A stretch of 64,000 nucleotides of DNA from Blepharisma stoltei ATCC 30299 (taxonomy: Eukaryota; Protista; Ciliophora). The notes under the pieces were generated by a model. That model did not search any database. It had not been told where the DNA came from and saw nothing but the letters and a program-made list of their open reading frames with translations. The stretch is taken from assembly GCA_965603825.1 (NCBI GenBank), contig CBFDEM010000053.1, positions 682,001 to 746,000 on the forward strand, given 5' to 3'. Numbering within the stretch: position 1 is the first letter of the stretch; every line of letters begins with the position of its first letter. A program made the translations under genes and the position numbers. This document shows positions 35,592 through 48,512 of this stretch, in pieces.

Positions 35592-36056
35592 ATGGCCAAG
35601 CTAACAATTCTGATTGCTCTCTTCGTTACTGCATTAGCTGCTAAACCGAGCTTAATCCAAGGAGAAATCTTAACTTCTGACTGGTCTGGGTGTGGATGCG
35701 AATGTGATGAAATTTATGATCAACCAGTTAATATTAGAGGAACCGTTAAATTAGTTCAAGGTGCACAAGGATGCCAAGGACCTGCTGGCCCATGCGGACC
35801 TCAAGGCCCTCAAGGTCCACCTGGCCCACAAGGAGATGAAGGATGTGCAGGACCTCAAGGAGACCAAGGAGATGAAGGATGCCAAGGACCACAAGGACCA
35901 TGCGGACCTCAAGGCCCACCAGGACCTAAAGGAGAAACTGGATGCCCAGGAATTCAAGGTCCAAAAGGATGCAAAGGCCCAACAGGAGATAGAGGATGCC
36001 CAGGAGTTGTTGTTAATGCATGCAAATACTGTGAATGCGATGAGCACGCTGAGTAA
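35592..36056 (+). CDS. Secreted mini-collagen-like protein 3 (28 Gly-X-Y)
   Basis: Signal peptide, GCGCECDE, uninterrupted Gly-X-Y with 8 Cys, CKYCECDE tail. Confidence 0.92.
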   Translation: MAKLTILIALFVTALAAKPSLIQGEILTSDWSGCGCECDEIYDQPVNIRGTVKLVQGAQGCQGPAGPCGPQGPQGPPGPQGDEGCAGPQGDQGDEGCQGPQGPCGPQGPPGPKGETGCPGIQGPKGCKGPTGDRGCPGVVVNACKYCECDEHAE

Positions 36057-36248
36057 GCGAACCATCAATAATTAACTAATCTATTTTAAGTAAACCTATT
36101 TTTATGATATAAATACTATTTAAATTCTGATTGGTTTTTTATTATTAAAATCAATAAAAATTATTTTTTCTTATGGATAATAATTTTTATATATATTAAA
36201 AAAGTTAAATCAGAATAATAAGAATAAACTACATTTTATATATAAATC

Positions 36249-37262
36249 TTAATTGCTCCCTTCTTCATACCTATCTCTATCACAAAACTCTGGGTACTTG
36301 CATCTACAAGGCCCTATTCTAATCTTCCTAAAAGTAAGTGAAATCCTCCTTTTCCTATGTACCAAATTCCCATTCACAATATCATGCCTTCTCTGTTGTA
36401 TTGAGTGTTTCCACACATATCTTGCCTCATCAGTCATTGCAAGCATTGATCTTGGCGGTATAAACTGATTAAATTCCCTCCCATCTGTATTCCGAAAGCA
36501 CATACTTATAGGCCCAAGTATACTGATACAGGCTAAAATTTCTTCAAATGGAGAATGACTGTCTATATGTGGAGGAATACTGTCGCCTGGCTGATAGTCA
36601 TTTACTGTAAGCTGGTCATAGGAAATTCCAAATTTCAGCTGCAAATCAGTTAAAAGAGGATTTATTCAGGCTGGGAAGCCAGAAGACGGGGTTTCTGGGT
36701 TGATGGAGTTAGCTCCATATATAAAATCGAACCCAAAATGCTGGACTCTTCTATTAGCAAGAGGATTCCAAGGCAATTTGTCGAGCTCTTCTACTAAAAG
36801 CTGCTCATATTCAGCAGAAATAAAGTCTTTTTCTATGATTAAGCCTGGGACTGGGACATTTTCATAGCATATAGAGTCCTTCCCAAGCTGCAAATTGTGC
36901 TGGATTGGGGTGTATAAGACTGTGAAAGGATGCGGTTTTGGGGAAAATGGTAAAATTGGGTAAGAATTGTTGATGGTTTCGTATGCTATGGCTGCAGATT
37001 CTAAAGACTCATAACACGCATAGCCGTAATTAATCCCAGAAAGGATAATTAAAGAAGACAGCGGCCCATACTGTAAAAGATGAGATCTAAGCACATGATA
37101 ATCATCCTCAGAGCCTTCCGAATAATGCAAAATGAATAATCCACAATTTGGCCTTTCCTCTCAAAGTTCGATTTTTTCGTCTCTTTTTATAAGCTCAATC
37201 CCTTTGATTTTTTTCTTTTTCAAGCCTTTCAGATACACCTTCATCCGCTTATCCTCACTCAT
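36249..37262 (-). CDS. ALKBH8: ALKBH8-like tRNA dioxygenase (RRM / AlkB / Zn cluster, no methyltransferase domain)
   Basis: RRM-like N-terminus, RRVQHFG, DQLTVNDY..IPPHIDSH, WKHSI, RISLTFRK, CRC.YP..CD; two UGA=Trp. Confidence 0.88.
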
Positions 37263-37273
37263 TGTAAATTAAT

Positions 37274-40200
37274 ATGAAATTATTACTAATCTGCCTCTTT
37301 ATCAGTACCCAAATTTTTGGGTTTTATAGTGTATCTGTTACACCAAGCTCAAGAGCAATTAACGCTAAAAACAATTATCAAGTACAATTATTATTAACAA
37401 GCTCTTTGTCAAATGTCCCTTCAGGATTTACATGTGTAATGGTATTGCCTAGTGCTTTTTCTATTGTGGATTCGGTAGGATCTAACCCTTCTTCATGCAT
37501 TTTACAAGATATGCTTGGGGTAAACGCAAATACTTATTTAACAACTGCTTATAGCTCTTCTAACCCTCAGCCTGGACAATGTGGGGTTTCTGCGACAAAT
37601 ACTTATACATTTATAACTCCATCTCAGCAGTCTTCAGGACTTAAATTTACAATTGGGCAGATAAAAAATCCATTAGCATCTTTAACTCAGACTAATACTG
37701 GATCTATCCAATTTACAGGCTACAATCCAGGAAGTTCAACAGCAAGCTATTCAATTACTTATTCATTTTCAAATTATTATTTTACAGCTGGAAGCTTGAC
37801 TTTGTCATCATTTTCCCAATCAGTCTCAACAGTTGGGTCATGGGCGAATTTTATATTTGTATTTACAGCTAATGACAGTATTCCAAAAAATGGGAAAATT
37901 CAATTTACTTTTTCATCTGATTTTGGGCTTGCTGATGTATCAAGCACAGTAGTAAGCGGATATGTAAACTCAAATTCTGCGACTACATTGACTCCAGCTA
38001 TATCAGGAATGGTTTTAAGTGCATCTGGGCTGTTTACTTCTGCTTTAACAGTGACAGCTGGAGTTACTAAATTTACTATAGAAATTGACCAAGTAAGAAA
38101 TTTACGATATGTCGGGACTGCTTCTATTGTAATTGCTACAACGACCAGTAGTGCTGAAATTATAGACAAAGTGACGACCTATCAAGGCCCCACAGACCCT
38201 TGTACGCTTCCTTTGAATCTGCTATATCCGTCTGTGTCTACTGTGCTCTTGTCAACTACTATAGTATTGTTTTTTACTGATTCTATTTATGATGATACTC
38301 TGGATAATTCTTTTTCTATTGAAGTAGACTTTCCTTCAACTTTTACGGTACCAAGCTCAATAGAATGTAACCCACTGATCGGGATTAGCGATACTTCGAT
38401 GAGCTGCTCAGTTAATTCTAACAGTGTTTCAACAACGTCAACAATTACTGCTTTTCAGACTACTGTAGGATTTAATTTAAAGTTTCCTGTTAATCCTCCG
38501 AACACGAAAACTACTGATTATTTCCAAATATCGACATACAGAAGCACAGGAGAGCTTATATGCCAAAACACTCAATTTTCTACATACACAGCTACTGTTA
38601 ATGCTATCACTGTTTCTACTAGTTCTAGAGGTAGCAATCTAGTCGGCGAGCCCTGCATCTACACCCTTACCTTTAAAACTTCTACCCAAATCCCATCAGG
38701 TGGGAAAATAAAAATAGTCCTCCCAATGGACCAAGTAGTCGAAAACACAGGGATTGTCTGCTATCCTCTTGTAAACTCGGTCAAATCCTCCACAAATCAA
38801 TGCACAAAATCATCAACCTCCTCCACCTATGTCCTCACCTTAACAGAATGATGCTCAGCGTACGATTCCTCCTGCAATTCCTGTTGCAGTGCTTCTACTA
38901 CTCTAATAGTTTACATCCAAGGCGTCCAAAACCCTTTTTTCTACAACCCAAGCGTATCCTCCAGTGTCGAAATTTATACAGCGAATTCTGATTTTTCTGG
39001 ATATATAGACCAAATTACATCAGGAGTCCAATTTACGCCAAGCTTAATAGCGAGGACAATTACAGACGCAGCTGTTATAAGGACTACTGACACTGTAGGG
39101 CTTTATAGCACTTTTCAGCTTACTTATACACCTACAGTAAATTATGTAGCAAATGCGGTCATTGTGCTTAGTTTTCCTAGTGATGTGGTATATTTTGCAG
39201 ATGACAGTGTAGCTCCTCAGTGCTCAAATACAGGGACGGCATATGGGAACACTAATACACCTAGCTGCACTTATACGAAAAACGGGGATGGGTCATACGC
39301 GACGATTAGTATCAGTGGGATGTGCCCTTCTGGCTGCACTTCAGGGCAAAAATTAGCTATTTCTATGGGACATTTGCAGAACCCTAATACTGTGGCACCT
39401 TTAAATACTGGGTATAGCGCCAGTGTATATACCAGCAGCAGCTATATAATAGAGCACGGTACTGCTGATTCATCAGGGGTAAATTCCTTAATTACTAATG
39501 CAATTACAAGCATCACTGCCACGAGGTCTACCAATAACATTAAATCAAGCTATACCATGACAATTTCTTTTGTACACTCTACTTATTTATCGACGACAGG
39601 AAAAATTGATATTTCGCTTCCTATAAGCATGGTGACTATAAAATCTAGCTTAGCCGTCTATAGAAAAAGTGACAGCTCTTCAGTCTCTTTTACGTCGACA
39701 ACCGATTCATCCACTAGCAGTGTGACTCATATTACTATTACTAATTATTGCAATACAGCTTGTGCTAAAGCAGGGACTATACAGATTTTATTAGGAGGCA
39801 TTAAAAATTTGAATTATGTACAGACGATAACTGGGACAATGAGCATTACGACCTCAGATAATAGCTATAATAGTGACACTGGGACAGTTAGTGACGTTTC
39901 TACTATATTAAGCCCACTGGTACCGGGGAGTTTGAGTAATATTGAAATACATCCTATGGATCCGACGGTTTCTGTAAGTACAACTTATAGGATTATTTTT
40001 ACGACTGGAAGCGATGTGCCAAGCTTAGCTTATTTTACAGTCACTTTTCCGACCGGAATTTCTTTATCGATAAGCTCATGTACTGCTTATATAAATTTAG
40101 ACAGCAACTTGTCCTGTAGTGCTTTAGGTAACAAATTGACTTTGTCGTCAGGAGTCCCTAGTTCTTTAACGGGGCCAGTCATGATAGGTTTCCTTATGAG

Positions 40201-43200
40201 TACCATTACAAATGGACCATCTGCAACCTCTTATGGGACCTTTACAATATCTAGCTGAGATCCTGCAGGATTTGTAATCGACACCGACTCTACCGCTACT
40301 GTCACCTTTTACTCTGCTTTATCTTCTTCAAGCTGCTCTTCAAACTGCAACCATTGTTCAGGGACCTCCAGCAACTGTGATAGCTGTGCCAACCCTTCGT
40401 CCACCCCAATAATCCAAGGCTACACCTGTGTATCTTCTTGCCCTTCTGGCTATTATTTAGTATCCAGCTCAGATCTTACCTGTATTAAATGCTATTTTAC
40501 ATGTGCGACTTGTAAAGGTCCACAGTCCTCTGACTGTTTGTCCTGCGCTTCTACATATTTTATGTCAGATTCTAGCTGTATTGATTCTTGCCCATCAGGG
40601 ACTACAAATAATAATGGAGTTTGCACTAATAATAGTCCTTGTACTTCTCCCTGCTTGACTTGTAGTACTTCTTTGACATATTGTTTGACTTGTGACCAGA
40701 GCTCGTCATATCCTGTGTTGGATTCTAGGACAGGGACTTGTGTAGAAGAAGAGACGGCTACTAGTGATTATTGTAGTGCGGGATATTATGAAGATAGCAA
40801 TAAGATTTGCCAAATTTGTAATATCAATTGTTTAGACTGCTATTCAGCTGCTAGTTATTGTAGCTCATGTCCTAGCATTTATGGGAATAAATATTTAAAT
40901 TTGCTTACCTATGTGTGTGTTGCGACTTGTCCTGCGCTTATAACAGTGCCTGATTCAAGTGATTTTAAATGTTATCCATGTGACAGCTCTTGTGCGACTT
41001 GTAATGGGAAAAATGCTAACAATTGTTTGACTTGTCCGAGTACAGGGACAATTTATTTTACGAGTGACAATAAATGCTTGTCAAGCTGCACCCCTCAATA
41101 TAACTTTTATAATACGACATCAGCCAGATATGAGTGTATAAGCACCTGCCCAACTAACCACTATTATATAACTGCAGATCTAACAAGCTGTTTGCCTTGT
41201 GACAGCACATGTTTAACTTGTAGTGGGCCCGCTAATAATAATTGTTCAAGCTGCGATATGACTGGTACTTATCCTTATAAAACTCCTGATAACTATTGTG
41301 TGACTACTTGTCCTTCTAATTTATATAAAAATACCCTTGGAACAGAAATGTTATGTGTCACAGACTGTGGGCCTACTTATTTAAATTTCCAGGACTCACA
41401 AGGAGTATTGGTATGCATAAGCTCCTGCCCTGTAAATCATTATTATGTGAATAGCGGATACTGTAAGCCATGTGACAGCACGTGTTTAACCTGCAGCGGA
41501 TCAGCTAACAATAACTGCCTTTCCTGCAATACAACCAGCACTTATCCTTACTATACAGCTGATAACCAATGTGTGACTGACTGTCCTTCCACTCTCTATA
41601 AAAACACCCTCAATTCACAAATGTTATGTGTAACCAACTGTGGGCCGACTTATTTAAATTTCGATTTATCTGTCTCCTCCAAAATCTGTATCTCTTCTTG
41701 CCCTACTGACCATTACTATATAGATTCCACTAATTATTACTGCAGACCTTGTGACCAAACCTGTTTAACCTGTTCTGGATCAGCCAATAATAACTGTCTC
41801 ACCTGCAATACCACCAGCTCCTACCCCTATTTTACTGTAGACAGCCAATGTGTCACTGACTGTCCTTCAAATCTCTATAAAAATACAATAGGGACAAATA
41901 TGCTATGTGTCAGTAACTGTGGGCCGACTTATTTAAATTTTGACGTCTCTGCGACCGCAAAAGAATGCATTGTCACTTGTCCAAGCCCTCACTACTATGT
42001 GGATTCTACTAATTATTATTGTAGACCATGTGATTCTACATGTCTGACGTGCAACAACACAGATGCTAATAGCTGCTTAAGCTGCAATACCTCAAGTAGC
42101 TATCCTTATTATACAGCAAATAACCAATGCGTGACTGCCTGCCCATCTACTTTATATAAGTATACTTTTAACTCAAAAATGCTATGTGTAACAGACTGTG
42201 GGCCAACTTATTTGAATTTTGACGTCTCAGCGACTGCAAAAGAGTGTATTGATACTTGTCCGACGACACATTATTATGTTGATAGTGCAAATTACTATTG
42301 TCGGGCATGTGATAGCACGTGTTTGACTTGCAATGGATCTTTAAGCTCAAATTGTACAAGCTGCGATACAGTTGGGACTTATCCTTTTCTAACCCCTTAT
42401 AATGAATGCTTAAGTGACTGTCCTTCTACACTCTATAAATATACCTTTAACTCTCAAATGCTATGTGTCCTTAACTGTGGGCCTACATATTTAAATTTTG
42501 ACGCTTCAGCTACCTCAAAAACATGTATTAGTACTTGTCCATCAACTCATTATTATATAGACAGTACTAATTACTACTGTAGACCATGCAATGAGACCTG
42601 CTTGACTTGTAGCGGATCTAGTGACAGTAGTTGTTTATCATGTGACACCAGTAGTACATACCCATATTTTACTGCTTATAACCAATGTGTGTCTGACTGT
42701 CCATCCACTTTATATAAATACGAATTTTCTTCAAAAATGCTATGTGTGCTAAATTGTGGCCCAGACTATTTAAACTATGACAGTTCTCCCACATCAAAAA
42801 AATGTGTAAGCCAATGCCCTTCTACATCGTATTTAGACTCTGCAAATTACTATTGTAGACCATGTGATAAAACATGTTTAACCTGTAGCGGAGGGGCAAA
42901 TAATAACTGTTCAACCTGTGACACAGCTGGCCAATACCCATATTTTACGTCAGATAACCAATGTGTAACTGACTGCCCTTCAAACCTATATAAATACGAA
43001 TTTAATGCTAAATGGCTCTGCGTCACAGACTGTGGGCCGACTTATTTAAATTTCGACATATCCGCTACTTCAAAAAAATGCATAAGTACTTGTCCGACAC
43101 AGCATTATTTTGTGGATACTCCAAATAACTATTGTAGACCATGCGATGATACTTGTTTAGCATGCAATGGGACTGCTAGTAGCAATTGTTTAAGCTGCAA

Positions 43201-46159
43201 TCAGACTAGTAATTATCCCTATTTTACTGCTGATGATTACTGTGTGACTGACTGTCCTTCAAATTTTTATAAGTATGAATTTAATTCACAAATGCTATGT
43301 GTGACAAACTGTGGGCCAAGTTATTATAATTATGATAGCTCAGCTACAACAAAAGTGTGCTTAAGTAAATGCCCTGATGGTACATATTTGGATGCTGCAA
43401 ATTATTACTGTCGGCCATGTGACAGCTCTTGTGCGACTTGTAATGGGAAAAATGCTAACAATTGTTTGACTTGTCCGAGTGCAGGGACAATTTATTTTAC
43501 GAGTGACAATAAATGCTTGTCAAGCTGCACCCCTCAATATAACTTTTATAATACGACATCAGTCAGATATGAGTGTATAAGCACCTGCCCAAATAAGCAC
43601 TATTATATAACTGCAGATCTAACAAGCTGTTTGCCTTGTGACAGCACATGTTTAACTTGTAATGGATCCGCTAATAATAATTGTTTAAGTTGCGATATGA
43701 CTGGCACTTATCCATATAAAACTCCTGATAACTATTGTGTGAGTAGTTGTCCTTCTAATTTATATAAAAATACCCTTGGAACAGAAATGTTATGTGTCAC
43801 TGACTGTGGGCCTACTTATTTAAATTTCCAGGACTCACAAGGAGTATTGCAGTGCGTCAGCTCCTGCCCTGTAAATCATTATTATGTGAATAGTGGATAC
43901 TGTAAGCCATGTGACAGCACATGTTTAACCTGCAATGGGAGTACTAATAATAACTGTTTAAGCTGCAACATGACTAGTACCTACCCTTATAAAACCCCAG
44001 ACAGCCAATGTGTGACTGACTGTCCTTCTACTTTATATAAAAATACCCTTGGGACAGAAATGCTATGTGTTACCAATTGTGGGCCGACTTATTTAAACTA
44101 TGACAGTTCTGCTACTACAAAAGTCTGCATAACTACATGTCCAGCTGGGACTTATAAAGACTCTCCTAATTATTATTGTAGGCCATGTGATATTACTTGC
44201 TTAACTTGTAATGGGTCCACTGCTAATGACTGTTTAAGCTGCCCTACAACAGGCCCTATATATTTTAATAGCCAAAACCAATGTGTTTCTAATTGTACAC
44301 CTGAGTATAATTTCTATAATACAACATCAGCAAGATATGAGTGTATAAGTGACTGTCCTATTGATCATTATTATATCGACACAGATTTGTCTAGTTGTTT
44401 GCCTTGTCATAGCTCATGTTTAACTTGTACTGGAGCTGCTTATAATAATTGCTCAAGTTGCAGTAAAAGTGGCAGTTATCCTTATAGAACCCCTGATAAT
44501 CAATGTGTGGGTACCTGCCCGTCACCTTTATATAAAAATTCTTTGGGGACAGAAAAGTTATGTGTTGCTGATTGCAATCCTACTTATTTGAATTTTGAGG
44601 ACTCCCATGGACAAAAAGAATGTATCAGCACTTGTCCGACTTCCCATTATTATGTTGATACTGGCTTTTGTAGAGCCTGTGATGGGACATGTTTAACGTG
44701 TAATGGGACAGCTTATGATAACTGCTTAAGCTGTGATACAGCTGGGTCATATCCTTTTAAGACCCCAGATAATCAATGTGTGGCTAACTGCCCTTCAACT
44801 TTGTATCAAAATACTTTTAATTCAAAAAAGCTATGTGTCGCTGACTGTAGGCCAACTTATATAAATTTCGAAGATTCATATGGTTTTAAAGAATGCATCA
44901 GTGCTTGTCCAAGTGAATATTACTATCTGAGTAACGGCTTCTGCAAGCCCTGCTATAAAACCTGCTTAACTTGCAGCGGCTCCTCTTACACTAACTGTTT
45001 AACTTGCAATGTCTCTGAATCTTACCCTTACTTTACCCCCACAAATGAATGTGTTTCTAAGTGTCCGTCTTCCTTATACGCTAACTCCTTAGACCCTGTT
45101 TGACTTTGTACAACTGACTGTCGGCCTATCTATATAAATTTTGAAACCTCCCCCAAAGTATGCTCAACCTCTTGTCCTGAGACTCATTATTATACAGACA
45201 ATGGCTATTGTGAATCCTGCAATGAAACTTGTTTATCATGTAGCGGATCCAATGACACTCAATGTACATCCTGCAATTTAACTAGTGAATACCTCTATTT
45301 TACAGCATTTAACCAATGTGTAGCTGACTGTCCTTCGACGTTATTTAAATATGAATTTAATTCAGAAATGAAATGTGTAGTCAACTGTGGTCCTGAGTAT
45401 ATAAATTATAACAGTTCTCTTACGTCAAAAAAGTGCATTAGTTCTTGTCCTTCTGGATATCATGTAGATTTAGCTACTTATTATTGTGTGTCCTCTGAGG
45501 TTACACATGAAATGGTATATGCTGTGTATGGCCTAATTGGAGAATGCTTTATAGGGATTTCGCTTATATTTGCAGCAAGACTGAAAAAGCCTGATGTTTA
45601 TTCTACCAAAGCAAATATTTTATCAATATTAAGTATTGTTGAAGCTACTGAAAAAATTTCGCTTTTTGTTTACCTTTGGATAGAAAATGGGCCACAGGCC
45701 GGACTTTTTGTGTCAGTTAGTTCTGCATTTATAGGAGGGTCAATTGCGGTAAGCATGATGTTTTTGACGCTACATTTTGACCCATTGGTAGAAAGCAGCG
45801 CTACGTTGACTGATTTATCAAAATCTAATAAAATTTCGTTTTTCCTTGTTAGGAACTTAACAATGCCATTTGGGATACATTTTATTAGGATTTTATATAG
45901 TGGATTTTTTGGATTTTCTGTTACAACGGTACCAAAATCGATTGGAAGTGTAAATGCGTTTAGGTATCCTTTGGAAAAATTAAGCATGATAAATTTTATG
46001 ATCATTAGTGTGCCGAGACTTATAGAGTATGTAGGAATTTTGGCACTTTACAGCATACAGACAAATTCATGGCAGATTGCATTATTTGGGGCTTGCTTAA
46101 ATTTGTATATTTCAGTATATTTTATAGTGGATTGGTGGAGGAGTCCTTGGAGAAGCTAA
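37274..46159 (+). CDS. Giant cell-surface protein (~2961 aa): signal peptide, Ser/Thr-rich beta domains, furin-like Cys-rich repeats, multi-pass TM C-terminus
   Basis: Four track ORFs share one frame via UGA at 38849, 40256 and 45101. PCDxTCLTC..C..C repeats of about 94 aa; several hydrophobic segments after 45500. Confidence 0.9.
40976..43934 (+). repeat. Near-identical internal duplication: ~40976-41495 copied at ~43415-43934
   Basis: Long runs of nucleotide identity (ccatgtgacagctcttgtgcgacttgtaatgggaaaaatgct...) at offset 2439 nt. Confidence 0.85.
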
Positions 46160-46604
46160 TTTATCGTAAGATATTTAATTTCATAATAATTCATATAGAT
46201 CAACAAATTTATGCACTGTGATACATTTTCTGCTTATAAGCAATATTAAAATTAAAAATATCAGAAGATGTTTATTCTCTACTGAGGCAGTCAGGAACCC
46301 TATCCTCAAGTCAATCTCTTTTGAAGGAAATAAACAAATTTTTTGATATTGAAGAATGTCAGTTCAGATAGTCTAAATGATATTATAGCTTAAATTGACT
46401 AGGAGACCTTTGGTACTTATTATAGTAGCTTCTCTTGAAGCCAAGTTTGCTATAAGTTCAAATTTATGGAGAAAATAATTTTAAAATTAATCTTTTCGAA
46501 TTTTTCATCAAAAGAAAAAACTAGCCTAAGTCTTCAATAAAAGAAATCTGGTATGCACTTATTTAATAATATAGCTTTCATAATGAAAATGCTAATAAAA
46601 TATA

Positions 46605-47237
46605 ATGCAAAACAGAGAATTTGAACATCTATTAGAAGAAGCTTATGGCTCTGCATGAAGGCATTATTTGGATCAAGAGTCATGGGAGCATTTATACTAC
46701 AATGATGTTCTAAGTGTCTCTCAGAAGCCTCATGCGACAGGAGTCAATGTAATAATAGCAGAACTTTTGATAAAAAGGTCATCATCAGAAATTCAAGAAT
46801 ACTTATATAATATGGAAAATTGAAAAGAATGGCATAAACAGTATAAAAAGTCCAAAGTCCTAGAAGAACTCCACCATAGTAGTAAAATTCTTTATTTTTG
46901 TACAAGACATATCAGCTATCTTCGTGGCAGAGAACTAATTCTTGCCTCGAAAAAATTCGCTGTAAAAGACCATAAATTTGTTATTTTCACTAGTGTAAAC
47001 TATGAAAATGCTCCTGGAATTTTTTATAAGGTAAGAGGGTGGTGCTATTTCTTTTTTTTTATTATCAAGCAGCTCAATTCAGTCGCGTCTACAGTTACTT
47101 TTTTATGCCAATATGACCCAAGAGGTGTCAGAATAAATTCTTTTTCTGAAAAAATCACCAAAAAATTTGTTGAAAATTTATTGGAGCTGAAAAAAGTGCT
47201 GGAAAAAGACCATTCGCCCATATCATTAAGTTTCTAG
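46605..47237 (+). CDS. START (StAR-related lipid transfer) domain protein, 210 aa; absent from the ORF track
   Basis: Open frame with UGA at 46656 and 46821: WEHLY, YNMENWKEWH, RGRELIL, FTSVNYENAP..KVRG, VTFLCQYDPRG; TAG at 47235-47237. Confidence 0.82.
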
Positions 47238-47463
47238 TTGTGAAGACACAAGCCAACACATTTAATTTAATTATAAATGGCTTTGGGATGATAAGAATAA
47301 CGATAAAAACACATTTTCTATTGACTGGCTTGTGGAAGTTGTAATAGACAGCGTTTTAAAGCCTATATATTTTAATCAGCACTGGGTAATTTATATAATA
47401 TGCAATAAAAGCTCCTTTTATTATTGATATTGTTAGATTCTAGCATTCGCAATTATTTTTATA

Positions 47464-48483
47464 ATGAGATATTTGTTTATACTCTTATTTGCCCTCACAT
47501 GCTTGTCCTATGCCAAGCCTCAGCTAAAATTCAACGCAACCGGCCAATTCAAAATAATGCAGCTCACCGACACTCATTACGACTACTTTAACCAAGACAT
47601 CCCTCAAACCCTCAACATGGTGACAAATTTCCTGCAATGGGAAAAGCCAGATTTCGTCGCATTTACAGGCGACCTTATCACAGGCTACCTCTGGAACGGC
47701 ACTGCAGACTGGTTTTACGACCGTTGGAGCCCTCACGCCGCTCTATTAACCAAATTTGGTGTCCCATGGGGCTATGCTTTAGGAAATCATGACGGTGAAG
47801 CAGACCTAGACCGTCGCCAATGTGTAGAACTTGACATGACAGCTCCTTTTTCCCTCTCCAAAACAGGCCCAGCCTATATGGGAAACTCTACATTTTATGT
47901 CCAAGTCTATGATAAATTTGGCAAAAAACCTTTATGGAATTTATGGTTTTTTGACACCGGCTCACAGGTCTGTTATGGAATCCCAGGCTGGGGCTGTTTA
48001 ACCCATGAAGCTGTCCAATGGTATATAAGCAACGAAAAAGGCCTCCCTGGGCTTGCATTTATGCATATCCCTCTTGACGAATATTTGCAGATGTACAATT
48101 TACAAGCTACAGCTGGATTTTATGAAGAAATTATGGCCTGCAGCAGCTTAAATACAGGCTTGTTTTCAGCTTTTAAGGCTAAAGGTATGGTAAAAGGTGT
48201 CGGCTGTGGGCATAATCATGAGATTGATTTAGAAGGGTATTTTGCAGGGCTTTATTTAGCCTTTGGCAGGAAATCAGGGTATGGCAGTTATGGTCCTGCT
48301 CCTGATATGCAAAGAGGCGTCAGGATGTGGGTGATTAATGAGGACTCAAGCTTTTATACTTATATAAGGCAAGAAGATGGGTCGATTATGCAAAGGACTA
48401 TAAATGACTTATCAAACCATACAGCAATACAAGACTATTGCATGTGGGCGCAGTACAATCTTCCAAACTACCACATCTTATAA
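47464..48483 (+). CDS. Secreted calcineurin-like metallophosphoesterase (DCR2/PAP29-like)
   Basis: Signal peptide; FKIMQLTDTH, FTGD, GNHD, FMHIPL, GHNH, GYGSYG. Confidence 0.92.
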   Translation: MRYLFILLFALTCLSYAKPQLKFNATGQFKIMQLTDTHYDYFNQDIPQTLNMVTNFLQWEKPDFVAFTGDLITGYLWNGTADWFYDRWSPHAALLTKFGVPWGYALGNHDGEADLDRRQCVELDMTAPFSLSKTGPAYMGNSTFYVQVYDKFGKKPLWNLWFFDTGSQVCYGIPGWGCLTHEAVQWYISNEKGLPGLAFMHIPLDEYLQMYNLQATAGFYEEIMACSSLNTGLFSAFKAKGMVKGVGCGHNHEIDLEGYFAGLYLAFGRKSGYGSYGPAPDMQRGVRMWVINEDSSFYTYIRQEDGSIMQRTINDLSNHTAIQDYCMWAQYNLPNYHIL

Positions 48484-48512
48484 GCGATAATTTTTAATAA
48501 ATCCTCTAATAA

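Noticed and set aside
33810-36075. Antisense and alternative-frame ORFs over the collagen genes (similar shadows at 14542, 17279, 55319)
   Set aside because: By-products of repetitive codon usage on the coding strand.
36249-37262. 2OG-Fe(II) dioxygenase next to the collagens as their prolyl hydroxylase
   Set aside because: Motifs (RRM, RRVQH, DQLTVN, C-terminal Zn cluster) identify ALKBH8, and there is no signal peptide. The methyltransferase-less form is already known in protists.
40538-45480. CRISPR-like or satellite array
   Set aside because: The repeats are in-frame protein Cys repeats in a eukaryotic gene.
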